Part shown: positions 25,858 through 38,816 of the stretch, in pieces | Layout: every line of letters begins with the position of its first letter | How positions within the stretch are numbered: the first letter of the stretch is position 1 | Assembly: GCA_051362555.1 (NCBI GenBank) | Contig: CM120640.1 | Coordinates: forward strand, 29,717,967-29,781,966 | From: Lingula anatina | Taxonomy: Eukaryota > Animalia > Brachiopoda | Direction of reading: 5' to 3' | DNA: 64,000 bases | The notes under the pieces: model-generated | Told to the model about the DNA's origin: nothing | What the model saw: only the letters and a program-made list of their open reading frames with translations | Database searches by the model: none | Translations under genes and position numbers: made by a program

Positions 25858-26045
25858 CTGAAGAAAAAAAAAAGAAACCATACTTGTCCACAATAAGGCT
25901 ATCACATATTCAAAGATATACATGCAATAAAAACAGATAACAGTGAATTAACTTAGTAATTGTGCAAGAGGGTCTGCTTATTGTGTGAGTAAATTTTTAA
26001 AGTGTGTTAAATGAATGCCTGTTAAATTGATGTATACCATCTTAC

Positions 26046-26099
26046 CTCTTTCTTTAATGCTCTCAGCATCTGACACACTCTTTCTGTCTTTTATGTCGC
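26046..26099 (-). CDS. Candidate 54-nt symmetric phase-1 mini-exon (DIKDRKSVSDAESIKER)
   Basis: Acceptor ttttgtcttcag, canonical donor gtaag, open frame, length a multiple of 3. Confidence 0.55.
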
Positions 26100-26390
26100 C
26101 TGAAGACAAAAATATGGAATAGAAACTATCTGTGTACAAATAGGATTTGGGCAAAAATACAGAATTGAAAACTCATTCAAAGTCTATTCATTAAAAAAAT
26201 TAATTATTTTCATGAAGACCAGATTTAGTATTTTAAAGACCAGCTTGCTTGAGCAACACTGTTCGTATGTACGTGTGCATGTTAGTGTGTGTGTATGCAT
26301 GTGCATGTTTAATATGTGTATAAAATCATAATTTAGTCTTGGCTCCATTCGACCAGAGCATGGGGAAGCATGTGAGAGGCGGAGATATAT

Positions 26391-26541
26391 TACAAGGACT
26401 AAAACTTTCACCCTGAAAATCAACAGCTACAAGGACCAAGACTTGCACCCTGAAAATCAACAGCTATAAGGACCGGCCAGGACTTGCACCCTGAGAGTCA
26501 ACAGCTACAAGGACCAAGATGTGACTTGCACCCTGAAAATC
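26391..26541. repeat. Short tandem repeat, ~38-bp unit, about 4 copies
   Basis: acaaggaccaagacttgcaccctgaaaatcaacagct repeated with small indels; aataaa at ~26556. Confidence 0.85.
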
Positions 26542-27410
26542 CATATTTGCATTTGAATAAACTTGTTTTATTTTTGATAAGTTGATTTTGCCTGTAAACA
26601 ACATATATATAAAAACTTGCACATTAAAAATAAAACAATGCATTGTTTAGTTGCATATACCTCTTACACTTTTAACTAACTTCATGTGGTTAAAGCCTAA
26701 AATGATTACACAAACTGCATTTCTATATACTGATAACCAATAAATATTAATATTAGCAAGAGCACAGCTCAAGAACATATTTTTTCATCTCTTAGAAGTA
26801 TTGCAGAGGTTGTGATAGTGGTCAAAAGGGTTAATCCTGGTCCTATACATTCTATTCAAGCCTAGAAGAAATTAACAGAGTTTTCAATTGAATATCTCTA
26901 AAAAAATTTCTTACTACATTTATTGCACACACACACACATACACATGCACTGAAATTAATAATAATAAATTGCAATATTTGTAATAGGTAAACTTAAACA
27001 GCACCATTTACAATCAATCTTTACCTTAAACTGCACTATTTATACTTAATTCATGACAGTATTGATAAACAAAGTTTATCTGGAATTGAACTTTGGGCAC
27101 ACCCATCATTCAATTAAAAATCCAATTTGAATCAAGGCCTGAAAATGTTACAAAACACATGCAAGTCGAGGTACTACAAATTGTGGTGTACCCACTATCA
27201 TGCCCTAATCATTGAAGGTCCTGTTTCATTTAATGTACAATAATTATAAATTTTAAAAGATGAGTTTTACAGACGATCTACATCTTCCCATTATACAGTA
27301 ATTACATTTACTTGATCTTTTCCATATGAAAAAGTTGTGATTTTTACATATATTGTATTCAGTATTTTCAAAGTCATAATTTCTAAAAATCAGATCATTC
27401 CTATGGGATG

Positions 27411-27627
27411 GTACAAACAAAATTATAAACATACTTCTATATAGTTATATTCTATGCAGAAAAAGTACAAACAAAATTAGAAACATACTACTATATAGTT
27501 ATATTCTATGCAGTAAAAGTACAATCAAATTTATAAACATACTTCTATATAGTTATATTCTATGCAGAAAAAGTACAAACAAAATTAGAAACATACTACT
27601 ATATAGTTATATTCTATGCAGTAAAAG
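27411..27627. repeat. 54-bp tandem repeat x4 in A-B-A-B arrangement
   Basis: Units start at 27411, 27465, 27519 and 27573 and alternate catacttctat…gcagaaaaa with catactactat…gcagtaaaa. Confidence 0.9.
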
Positions 27628-27805
27628 CACCACAAATGCTATAAAGAATAAGTATTGTACTTATGAAATGATGTATCTGAATGTTTGATAATTTTTGCCC
27701 ATCAAAAAGATTGAGTGTTTACTATATGTTCTTTATTTTTGTGGAACAACTGTAATTTCCTTTTAAAGGCCGGCACAAATTAACTTCGAAGTGATGCATT
27801 TGTAG

Positions 27806-27839
<34 letters not shown>

Positions 27840-28472
27840 AAAAGAGAGAGAGAGAAATGAATCATATGTAAACATCAACTAAAGGAGAGAAAGAGAGAGA
27901 GAGAAATGAATCATATGTAAGAAGCGACTGAAAGACCTCCACAGAATAAGGACCTGTAGATTAATTTCTAGTACATGAAGTGCAGGTCCTCTGGACCTTC
28001 AGTACCTTCAAAGCTTTCCCCATGTTTAAATTTGCAATACACAAATGGAAAATAAAGGTATGATAACAAAACACACATGCTAGCTGCCATATCCTCAAGA
28101 GCACCTAACCAGACTAAAAACCAAAGTTTTGCTGTCAAAAACAATTCCGTAATGGTCAAAACCAACAGTCCCTTAAATGATTATTTGCCTATCATTTACT
28201 GACAAGACATGCAAACACACATATTATTCATCTGTGTTGCCATTTTTATGACACTATTCCACTCAAAATGCCAAACCAATGCTGCAATAAAACTTATTTT
28301 GGGTTTATGTTTTTTTTCCCTCAAAATTAACATAATACATTTGCACACACACCCACATCCCGCAGGAAAAAAGTAAACATGTTTAAAGCCAAATTTAAGT
28401 TTAATATATTTTAAAACATGCCTATATGGTTAGTTTACAATGCTGTATCACAACTTCTAGTACCAATTTTGC

Positions 28473-29244
28473 GGGTACGTACGGATAAAATTTAGTCCCA
28501 AAATATTACACGTCCCTATACTCCCGTTACCGATAGATACATAAAGGAAAAACGGAAAAAAACGTCTTTTTAGATTTAAATACCGATAGATCCGATTTTT
28601 TTCTGCTGTCCTATATATTTGCGTTCCTATAGATATGACGTCCTCATAAACCCACGTCCTTTAAATCCGCATACCTATAGATCCACGTATTTTTAGATCC
28701 AAATACCGATAGAGGTACACTATTGCTCGAAATGGTTGGTATACTACTCAGTACATAAAATGCACTTCTTTAAAACGGCAGTACGCAGTCAGCAATATAT
28801 TATTCTACTAGATCGTTTTCACACAATACTCAGTGAAAGAACATAAAAAGAACAAAAGTGTGTTCTATATTTCACAACGCTTAATTACTGTTCTAGCGTC
28901 AGAACACTGTTTAAAGTGTTCTCAAAATGTAACATTCGAACATGTAAAAAGTGTTCTGAATTTACATGTAAATGTGTTCTAAACAAAACAAAACAAAAAA
29001 GAACATAAAAATGTGTTCTAAATTTCACAACGCAAGTTGATATGGGCCTTTTAGCCGATTACGATGTCAGATAGATGGATCTAGCGGTACCTGGATCTAA
29101 AGATACGTGGGTTTATAGGAATCTGTTGGTGGATCTATCGGAACGTAAATTTAACGAGACGTAAATCTATTGAGTCGTGTATGTATAGAGACGTATCTAT
29201 CGGGGCGAATATTTTATTGGGACGTTTATCTATATGGCGGACCC
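28473..29244. mobile_element. Non-autonomous Mutator/Foldback-like element
   Basis: 9-bp TSD caattttgc at 28464-72 and 29245-53. GGGT…ACCC termini. Long degenerate inverted arms built from ~16-bp tandem subrepeats (ctatagatccacgt-like). Confidence 0.75.
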
Positions 29245-29962
29245 CAATTTTGCTACTCGCCAGTAACTAAGAGAACATTCAGTGAAATCGATGCACGGAT
29301 ATTCCTTGGTGTATAAAATGTTACATAATTATATACTATACCGTCTCGTTAAGTTTATTAGTATAAAACTCGAAAGGCCATTGTATAAACACCTCTACAT
29401 CTTACCGGTCTCTGGGCTACTTTCTCTTGAAGCTGTCCCCCCCCCCCCCCCCCCCTCTTTGAAAACGAGGCCAAGTCTAATAATTTCCTAGATAACCGCC
29501 ATGCGAGCTAGCCGTCTGCTCCCACAGGGTATTCTGTACATTATTATGTAATTCAGGTGACAGGTGTTCAGAGAGGTCAGTAGAAGATGGAGAAGACAGA
29601 TATTTAGGGTACGTTGCTACAATTGCCAATCTCAGCCAAAAGTTTGCGCTTTAGTCCTTATGACCGTACAAACGTCAAATGCACTCTCCATTAGAAGTAA
29701 AAAATCAACTATAAGTTTGAATAATACGTTTTCTTTTATTTTAGAGAGGAAACGCATTTGCCAATGAAAAAGTGAGGGGCATATTTTGGCTGCCAAAAGG
29801 TCTGAACTGGACATCCGTCTTCATCAGTGTAAAGCTATTGGGCAGGTATCTACATTCATTTTATGAGTTTTGTTTTTATGGGAGAGGACATCAACTTTTT
29901 TACAACGAAGTATGAAAATGTCCTGTTCATTTAAATAAACCTAAACATACAAATGCCTATTC

Positions 29963-32327
29963 CAGACTTTACGAAAGGCATCGGACCGTCGGACATGCCT
30001 GGCAAATTTCGTCTAGGTCCGATAAAAAATCCTGTATCGTCGGACCTTATGTCCGGCGAGTTTTCAAACTGACTGGGAATGTGTAAATATAAGGAATACG
30101 TTGTTGTTTCTTTTCTGGACGATATATTTTACTTCATTCAAAAAGAGAGATGGGGTGAAAATCTCGGGGAGTTCCCAAGTAATTATACATAATTTATTAA
30201 CCTCAGTTTCACTCACAAATACTATTTTGTGACTGGCTGAGTTTGGGGGATTCCTGAATGATGAGGACACAAACGAAACGTAGTGCCTCGATATGAAACC
30301 AGACGACTTTTGTGTTTTTAATCTCCAAATACGAAAAAAAATCAATTAAGCTAATAAATAGGCTAACGTTAAGAACGTATTATATCGTTTGTTTTATATT
30401 AATTATTATTTAAGATCATAATAATAAACAAGTCGCATTTCGATGTACTCCATGCTATAACCTTTATATAAAAATAGCAATTTTTACGAGATTACAAATT
30501 GTATTGCATTGTTTGGTTCCATTGCCTCGCTTTCAAAAATTAGAACAGGCGCTCCAAAATCGTAAAACGAAGTTAAAAATTTTATATTGGCCGAGTTCCC
30601 CCACTGTTAAGAATATCCTCGCAGCATTATCTGCAGTTAACCTTCCTACGACTTTCAATGTATTTTGCAATGTAATTTACAATCCTCCAGGTGAAGAATT
30701 TTATTAATCAAGAGTAGGGGAGGTGTGAAAATCCCCATTGGGGCCACATATAACACTATAAACACAATGGGAATCCCCTTAAAATGAAGGTAAAATAAAT
30801 GTTTTTCTAAGGAATTCCGACGGATTTACTTTTTACAACATAAAATCAATAGAACATTTCTAATATAAATTTTCAAAAAGACACCAGAGAGCTAATGAAA
30901 TAAAATCAACCAGACGGTCTTTGTCAATTTCACCAACTTGTTTATTTCAAACAGCGCACTTTTAGCACATGCGCAGTTGTTTGAAGCCTGTGCTTGAATG
31001 ATGTAATGTACAGTCTTGTTTTCGTTTTCGTAATACCCCTACACAACAAAATGGCCGCAACACATGTGCTCGTCAGGGGGTGGAAACGCGCTACTTATAT
31101 GATTAAGACGAGCCTGGCCGTCAGTACCGGATATTGTTTTGTGACCTTGAGGAGCAATTAGGTTTGGTCGTTGCGGCACGCATGAACAGTGGTTAAACTA
31201 CCACACCTGGGTCTTTTGTTTTTGACTACTGTTCACTCGTCATCGAAGCGCTTGTTCAAGACTACAGGCTGATATCTACTAGTATTACCAGTGGCTTCAT
31301 TAGTAACGTTCCCACAATACTTAGTTTTCTGTCTGTGCGTACATACCCTGAAAAAAGCCAGCCTCGCTGACGAGAACAATGGACGTTTCTCACCCCTCTC
31401 TAGGATTACCCCTGTGCTCGTGCTATTTGCGTTTTTACAGACTTGATCCTCTGTTTCTTCATTATCAATCGTACATAGTACTCATGGATATAAGCCTTTT
31501 GCTTAGAAATGACGTTGTTGAACTTTAAACACTTCGTTGGTGCAAAGCGTGGCAAAAATGAAAATGAAGTGAGGAAGAGAAACGGAAGTTTATTAAAATT
31601 GGAAAGAAGGTAGGCCCTGGCGGACTTATGATCTGTAGGAGAGGAAAATAGTGTGTGCCGAGTGTCAGGAGTACTAAAGTTATCATTTTGATCAATAGCA
31701 ACAGCTTTATTACGGGTTCTTAAATTATGGAACATATGTACGTATTTGCATGTACCGTTCACCACTAGTTGGAGAAAGTGCACATGAACTTGATGAAAGC
31801 TCACAGTTTGAGTTTCTTTTTATAGAAAAAGAAATAAAATGAAGAAGAAACTTAGACTCGGACCGGACAGTCCCTGTCAAAGCTTCAATTGTGCTGTTTC
31901 AAAATGCATATGTTATTGCCAAAAACAATGTGTGAAATGGTTATCTGATTAACAGACGTTTTTATGGACATGTATACATTTGATATTACTACTGTAGCTA
32001 CCCATTCTTCATACTTGTATTGTTTTTAGTCCTTGTGTCATTCCACAGCATCTTTTTCATTAAATAAAAAGCAACTTGTTATGCAAGTAATTTTTTGCCT
32101 ATTTTTTTTCTTATTTTAATTTTTTACAAATAAATATATATCAAAAATTTAATAATTGATTTAATGTCAATGATTTAAAACGTTAGAAAATACACATGAA
32201 AAGATGGATAATGGTTCATATTTTTATTATTTTATTTCGGTCTGACAGATTTTGTTTCGGTCTGACAGAATTTTCAAGCTTGTCAGACCGAATGTCTGAC
32301 AGATTTTTTGGCCTTTCGTAAAGTCTG
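29963..32327. mobile_element. 2.4-kb non-autonomous TIR element (hAT-like CAG termini, 6-bp TSD)
   Basis: 17-bp perfect TIR cagactttacgaaaggc / gcctttcgtaaagtctg. TSD ctattc at 29957-62 and 32328-33. Subterminal tcggac/gtctga repeats. Confidence 0.85.
30715..30957. repeat. Dispersed repeat (transposon end); inverted copy at ~45187-45440
   Basis: ggggccacatataacactataaa…caccaacttgtttatttcaaacagcg is the reverse complement of the 45187-45440 segment. Confidence 0.8.
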
Positions 32328-33034
32328 CTATTCAGCAATAAAATGTTGTAATGTGTCACTGCATTCCTGGAAACGACTGATTCAGGCTGGTGCACGAGTG
32401 GAATTAGGGAGGTCAGGTCACACCGCTCACGCGGTCGAAAATATTACCTCGGTTTGGGGTGCAGGGTCCACTTATTGTAAATCTGAAATTTGATAACAGA
32501 TTCACATGAAGTTTAACCAAGACTTTAAAAAATACTGTGAGCCGGAGGTGAGGGGTGGGGGGGGCAGTGTTATATTATCTTATTAAAATATTCAAAATTT
32601 TTAATATTTGAATAATTTTCATTAAAAATGGAAGAATTTTCATTGTATAATAGTTTACTTATATAAATGTCACAAATTTTAAAGTTTTTAAATTGATATT
32701 TATATTAACAATTTGCTTTCTTTAGGGGTAACATGTGTTTGATTTTTTTAATATACAGTATGAATTAAATAAAATCAGTCATTTAAAAAATCCCCCCTTC
32801 TTTTTATTTAAATTCTCATATTTTTATTACTAATTTTCTTCCTTACATCAATACCACACTGGTATATGATAGCATTGCTAATTTATCAAATTCCAGCACT
32901 AAATTTTGAACTGTAAATAACACAGGTGGTGCTAGAGTCATTAAATAAAACAAATAAAACAAAATTTTAGGTTATGCAAATAAACAACATTTCAACAAGA
33001 TCTTCAGTCCCAAAGTTTGAATTTCCAACTTCCA

Positions 33035-34096
33035 TTCCATTTTTGTATTCTCAAGTCTTTACTCGATATGGGGCACCAAAGGTTTTAGTTTCAGATAGAG
33101 GTGCAAACTTTGGGTCAAAGTTGGTTAAAGCTTTGTGTGACATCTATCAGATAGAAAGAGTGTGTACTTCTGCATATCACCCCCAAAGTAACAGTGTGTG
33201 TGAGAGAATGAACAGTTTCATTAGCCAAGCTTTGAGATCAATCTGTGCTAAAAATCAGAAAGATTGGGCATCTTTACTTCCTTCAGTGATGATGGCATAC
33301 AGATCAACACCATCAACTGCCACTGGTTATTCACCTTTTCATATATTGTTTGGAATGGAAATGGAGACTCCTTTTGATAGGATAGTTAAGCCAGAAAAAG
33401 ATATAACATCATCTCTACAGACCTTTGTAAAAGAGAAACTGTCTGAATTAGAAACAGGAAGGCAAGCAGCCATGTTATTGAAAAAAGAGTCTCAACACAA
33501 AGATTGCAAAAATTATAATTAAAATGCAGAATTCCCAGTTTTCAAAGAAACAGACGTGGTTTGGTTAAAAAATCACCAAGTAAAGAAAGGTATGAGTCCC
33601 AAACTTACAGAAAAATATAGTGGACCATATTATATAGCCAAATGTGTAGGAAGTGCTACATTTTTACTACGAGAATGTGAGAGTAACAACAACTAAGGTC
33701 TCCTGTGCATGCCAACAGGTTAAAACCTTACGTAGATCCTGTTATTAGGGAATCTTTAAAAGAAAAGAGTGTGGGAAATGATAAAAATGAACAAAATGGC
33801 TCTGAGGAATTAATTCAGGACAATGAGGATAGTTCAGTTGAAAATAGAAGTCAAAAAGATGTTGATAGACAACCCCAAGAAAGTAAAGAACGCTATGATG
33901 AAGCAAAAAAAAAAAAAAAAAAATCATCAAATGTGTTAAGTACAGGGGTACAAAGTGGTATAGAATTAAATGGAAATACCTTAAAAAATCTGATAGGGTT
34001 ACTGCAGATAGAGTACCTTCCATTTTAATCAGAGAGTTTCATGCAAATAAAACAATGAAAGGGAGAAAGAAAAAGAAGTCAGTAGTAGCTACTTAA
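33035..34096 (+). mobile_element. Ty3/Gypsy remnant: integrase core, GPY/F module and chromodomain-like tail
   Basis: RYGAPKVLVSDRGANF…TSAYHPQSNSVCERMN…TGYSPFHILFG, then SPKLTEKYSGPY and VHANRLKPY, then KIIKCVKYRGTKWYRIKWK…VPSILIREFH. Contains stops and frameshifts. Confidence 0.85.
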
Positions 34097-34299
34097 TTAA
34101 TTAAAACATCTATTATTATTGTTAGGAAGATATGTATTTTTTCTGGATTGAAGTAATGCGCATTAACCTTATTTTTAGCTGGTCTAGGTAAGGGGTGGAT
34201 CTGGATTAAATGTTTTCTTGATATTTTATAGATGTGGAGATATAATTGAAACTCAAGTGGATAAAGTGGATCGTGGGATTCACTATGTCACATTAATTT

Positions 34300-35259
34300 A
34301 CAGAATTTTTAGCCAATGATTCACAAATAAGTTTAAGGCTTGGTACATTGGCAGAGGCAATGGAAAAGGACCACATTATTTTTAAGTCTTTGAGTGAATT
34401 TTTATTAACAGTTGATGTTGAATTACCAGAGGTAATGATAACTTTAATGATACTTTAACCTACATAGCTTTAATTATTGAGGGAATGTCAATTCTGTTTT
34501 CATAAGCAGGAGGTTACAAAGTGAAAGTTTTATCAACAACTTTACTGACAATTCAAAAGGTCAAAGCAGTTCCAAGTTTTTACTTATGCCAACATCAACT
34601 TGGTTTGAATGGAATAGAATAATTGAACATGAAAACTTGTCAAATATAGCATCATGCATTGTTATTATTTTACTTATTGCTATCTTGATTGTGGTATGTA
34701 AAAGGAAGAAAAGTTCAAAGAATTGTCTTGCTATTGAATAAGTTACAGAAGAGCAGTTCATTATTTTGCCTATCAATGCATTATTATATTGTCCAAACAA
34801 TTACAATGTCACATATGAAACCATTTTGACGAGTGTTTATCTCACCAAGAGTGTTTTTCCAACAATTCATTTTGAATGGGGAGATATAAAAATTATCAAT
34901 CAAGTCAACCAAAAAGCTCTTAGCTTGCCAGTTAAGGTTCAACTAAATTGTTGGAAATATTTTAAAATAATGAAAATACTCCAAGGCTCTATTCCCATAG
35001 ATTTTAGATCGATCTATCCCCGCGGGGAGTCTCACTAGATAACTCTCAGAAAATCCGACTTAAATGTCCGTCCCGCCTACTACAAGCTGTAAGAGGGTAA
35101 TTAACTTTCGTGTCCGCCCGACTGACAGCTATTTAGCGTGAACCCCCAGGGAGTTAGGTCAATCTAAAGTAGGTCGATCTAATCTATGGAAATGGGGTGC
35201 AAGAAAATTTTGATGCAAGAGTTATTTTTCTGCATGATCAATTTTTGATTTATCCTTGA
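34300..35259 (+). mobile_element. Decayed extra (env-like) ORF downstream of pol, with hydrophobic membrane-anchor segment
   Basis: LANDSQISLRLGTLAEAMEKDHIIFKSLSEFLL…; TM-like IASCIVIILLIAILIVVC followed by KRKK; tail LLYCPNNY…FPTIHFEWGDIKI…LPVKVQLNCWKYFKIMKILQ|ENFDARVIFLHDQFLIYP* once the MITE is removed. Env identity is inference. Confidence 0.5.
34985..35199 (+). mobile_element. MITE family A, copy 4, inserted in the env-like ORF
   Basis: 215 bp, CAA on both sides. Excision restores the KILQ-ENFD frame. Confidence 0.9.
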
Positions 35260-35674
35260 ATTATTAATTTTTTTAAAGGGAGGAGAGAAATTAGCATTGT
35301 GCCAATATTAAATTGTTTTGATGTAAATAAACAAAAGGACGATGGTTTACTCAAACACTTGCTTTTTCTGCACTTGTTTTGTTATGCCTAGCTTTTGTTT
35401 GTAATATATATATAAATTACATTTAGTAAAATTTAATTAGTTATTTGCTTATGCCATTTTGTTTGTTTAGATATCATGTTAAGAAATTATATAGATTTTT
35501 TTTGCAACTTTCCATATATTAGTTTGTTAGACTACTGAACAATCTTAGTTTATAACTGTAATTAATTATAAATTTATTATTCAGTTTAAAAAGAACTTAA
35601 TGAGCTTATAAATGTTATTATATAACTAACATTTTTCTTTATTTACCCACATAATCTTTGCATGTATTTTTACT

Positions 35675-35758
<84 letters not shown>

Positions 35759-36309
35759 TTGGTTTGTTTGTAACAGGAATCATAAAAATGTTATTGAAAT
35801 GGGGAGTGAGTATTATTAGTCGAAGAGTAAATATCCTTGATCAGTAACGGATAATATATATTAAATGGTACAATTTAACAGAATGAACTGAAGATACTTA
35901 AGTGTTACTAATAAAATGGGTATTTTAACTGATAGTTTTATTGTATGATACTGATATGGATATATAAGTAAACAAATGATTAACATTTTTTATTAAGTGA
36001 AAATGTTATGTTGCTTCATACTACATAAACATTAAATGATTATTTGTGCTGAAATATTGACTGAATGGCAACTCATTAATATAAACAGTATATATATGTA
36101 TGCTTAAACATATTTTAATGGATTCATAAATTTTTATCTTAAAACAAGGTAATGATTACAAGATGGATGTTATCACATCTGATTAATCATTGTATTAAAG
36201 GGAAGAAGGAGTATTAATTAGAAGTACATAGCCAATTAATTCAACTAAGATATATTATGTTAATTTTTAGTATATTTGCTGGAGGGAATGATTATTATGT
36301 AATGTTACT

Positions 36310-36348
<39 letters not shown>

Positions 36349-36559
36349 ATTAAAAAAAATTTGTGTGTGTGCATATAACAGTAATGAGAAGTTTCATATA
36401 AACTGAATATGATATGATTAAATGATGTTTGGGTATTTTTAATTAAGTATGATTTTAAATAAATGGTTTAACTGTTATGATATAGAATTTTATTGAAAAT
36501 AGATTATTAAATTTTAATTATGAAAGTTTTGAGGTGCAAAACTTATTTGAGCAGGAGAT

Positions 36560-37250
36560 TAATTATGATAAGGTTATTTAGGTGTAAAGCTGTGGGACTG
36601 TGGAAGTATTCTATTCACACATACTTGAATGAAGTCAAAAATTAAAGATGTGCTGGCATGCATTAGGTGTGTGTGAAAGTTATATTCCAGAGTTTCTCAG
36701 TGGAAAGTAAAAGAAATAAACATGAAACAATGTTATTTTGACTAGTAATCTGTAATAAAAATCTAAGTGAAATTCAATAAAGCAACTATTCTGATTTTGG
36801 AACTGGACGGTAATTCTGTTGTTTCTGGCTCATCGACATTGCCCGCTGATATATGGTTGTGAGGAGATAGCGTGCAACACATTTGATTGATAGGCAGTAT
36901 GCCTTGACAACAAACTAGATACATCCAGTCCAATCTGGCTGTTGTACCCAGTACTTGTGTAGTTTCTATTTTAGGAATGGTGTTTGTTACTAGAGCACTT
37001 AAATTTTTAAGCAAATAAATATTCAGTATTCAGCCTGTTATGTGGATAAATTTTGTCTTGTGAAGTTCTGGAAGGTGTTTACTTTCATAATTTGGTGGTA
37101 AGTTTGCTTAGACTTTGTTTTGGGACCACATGTTTTGTACCAAATGTAGGCCACTCTTTTCAATGCAATCCAGGAAGAGACGAGAAGACGTTAGTATGCA
37201 ACAAAAATGTCTTTTTCAAGATTTTTGTTCTTAAGTTCTAATAAAACATA
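36560..37250 (+). mobile_element. Possible 3' LTR of the 33-37 kb Gypsy remnant
   Basis: Follows a purine tract (tttgagcaggagat, ~36546-36559) after a long AT-rich spacer; contains aataaa signals. No partner LTR in the window. Confidence 0.3.
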
Positions 37251-37252
37251 AC

Positions 37253-38142
37253 CTGTCCGTCGGACAGCCCATCCTGCAAATTCACTAGTCCGAACTGAAT
37301 TTTTACTTGTGGAGCCCTGCTTTGGTGTCATAATATACTTTATTTGACTGTCTGATACCTTCCTGTGTTCTTTTCTTACGTGCTGGGGCATCACATACAT
37401 TATTAGCACCAAAATACTTACAGAGGGTAGACTGCGACTTAGGCGCAATCTTGTACATGTATAATCCACGTGCAATCTTGTATAATCCAAATAGAATTTT
37501 ATGTATAAATGCCAAAATAAGATGTTGTAATGATCTACATTCTGTATGTTCTTGCAGAGTTTTCGAGAATGGATGAAAGTGAACATGTTGGCTTTAAATG
37601 ATAGTATGACTTAGTTGATATGGTTAACGTCAATGTTCAAGGCAAATAGGAAAAATGCAGCAAATGCCAACATTGCATAGGAGATGTCATTCAATTAATT
37701 TTTTTATGAGAAAGACATCGTACAATTATAATTACAGATTATAGAAGAAGCAAAACTTAAACTGTGTAATTAGACGAGATTGCGTGAATTTGAATGACCA
37801 CACATCATTCGTGACTTGTCTCAGAAACAAGCATATAAATGCCGCGTTTGATACTTTGTATCAGACGTTTCATAACACGGTGAAGGGTCTTTGCGTTAGG
37901 CATGCAGGGAACACATTGAATAACCATGTACCTTCGGTTTTCGCTCATTTTTTGAGAGTGTCGATTTCTTGAAGGGCTAGCCTCATTGTTTTCGTTTTAT
38001 TTCAGCCAAATCTGCTTAATATGAACGTGCATATTGATATACAATTTTTTTTAGAGGCCAGACGGACTGGCAACTTTTGGAAAGAGACCGCCCGGGTGAC
38101 AATTGAGCCATCCCGGGCTGCCGGTCCTTATTTCCTACCCTG
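37253..38142. mobile_element. Fragment of a hAT-like non-autonomous element
   Basis: Subterminal gtccg/cggac repeats and a terminus …ttatttcctaccctg (reverse complement CAGGGTAGG). Left end and TSD not visible. Confidence 0.4.
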
Positions 38143-38816
38143 CCTTAAGGTTGAAAAAAAAGTGTTGAACGCTATTGATATTTAGCAACGGTTGCCATGG
38201 AAATAATGGATGAATTAGAGAAAATTATATCTTGTCAGATTTTTCTTGGCATACTGTAACTTTCCAGAAAATTTCAAATGGATACTTTACTCCATTCAAA
38301 AGTTATGCCAATTTTGTTTTATATATTGGGCAATGAGGTGACACTTTTGGCTTCCACTGTTACATATATGCTTGGATACCAGACTTTTTAAAATTTTTGT
38401 GGGCGACTAGCATTCTTTTAAATTTAATAACTTTTGATTGGCTTGCTTGATTTCCAAAAAATAAAATGTTTTGGAAAGCTCATGAATTTTTCTATCACAT
38501 AAGATCCTTTTGACTGATATTTATGTTACTATCAAAGTTGACCTGACCTCTCTAGTGGAATGAAACAAGGCAAGATCTAGATCATCAATATGCCCTACAA
38601 ATAACTGTTAAAGGGATAACAACTGGTTGTTTTGGCAAAGTTACAATGCTTGCCAACAAACCAGGTGGCTGTTTATGCCTCCATAAGAATCACTTTACAG
38701 ATTATTACCTGAAAAAAACTTTTTAGAAAAAAAAAACATGGACTAGCTTTGAATGTTGGAATGGATTAATTAAACATTTGTTAGTATGGGTATGGGAAAA
38801 TCATTGTTTTCCCCAG

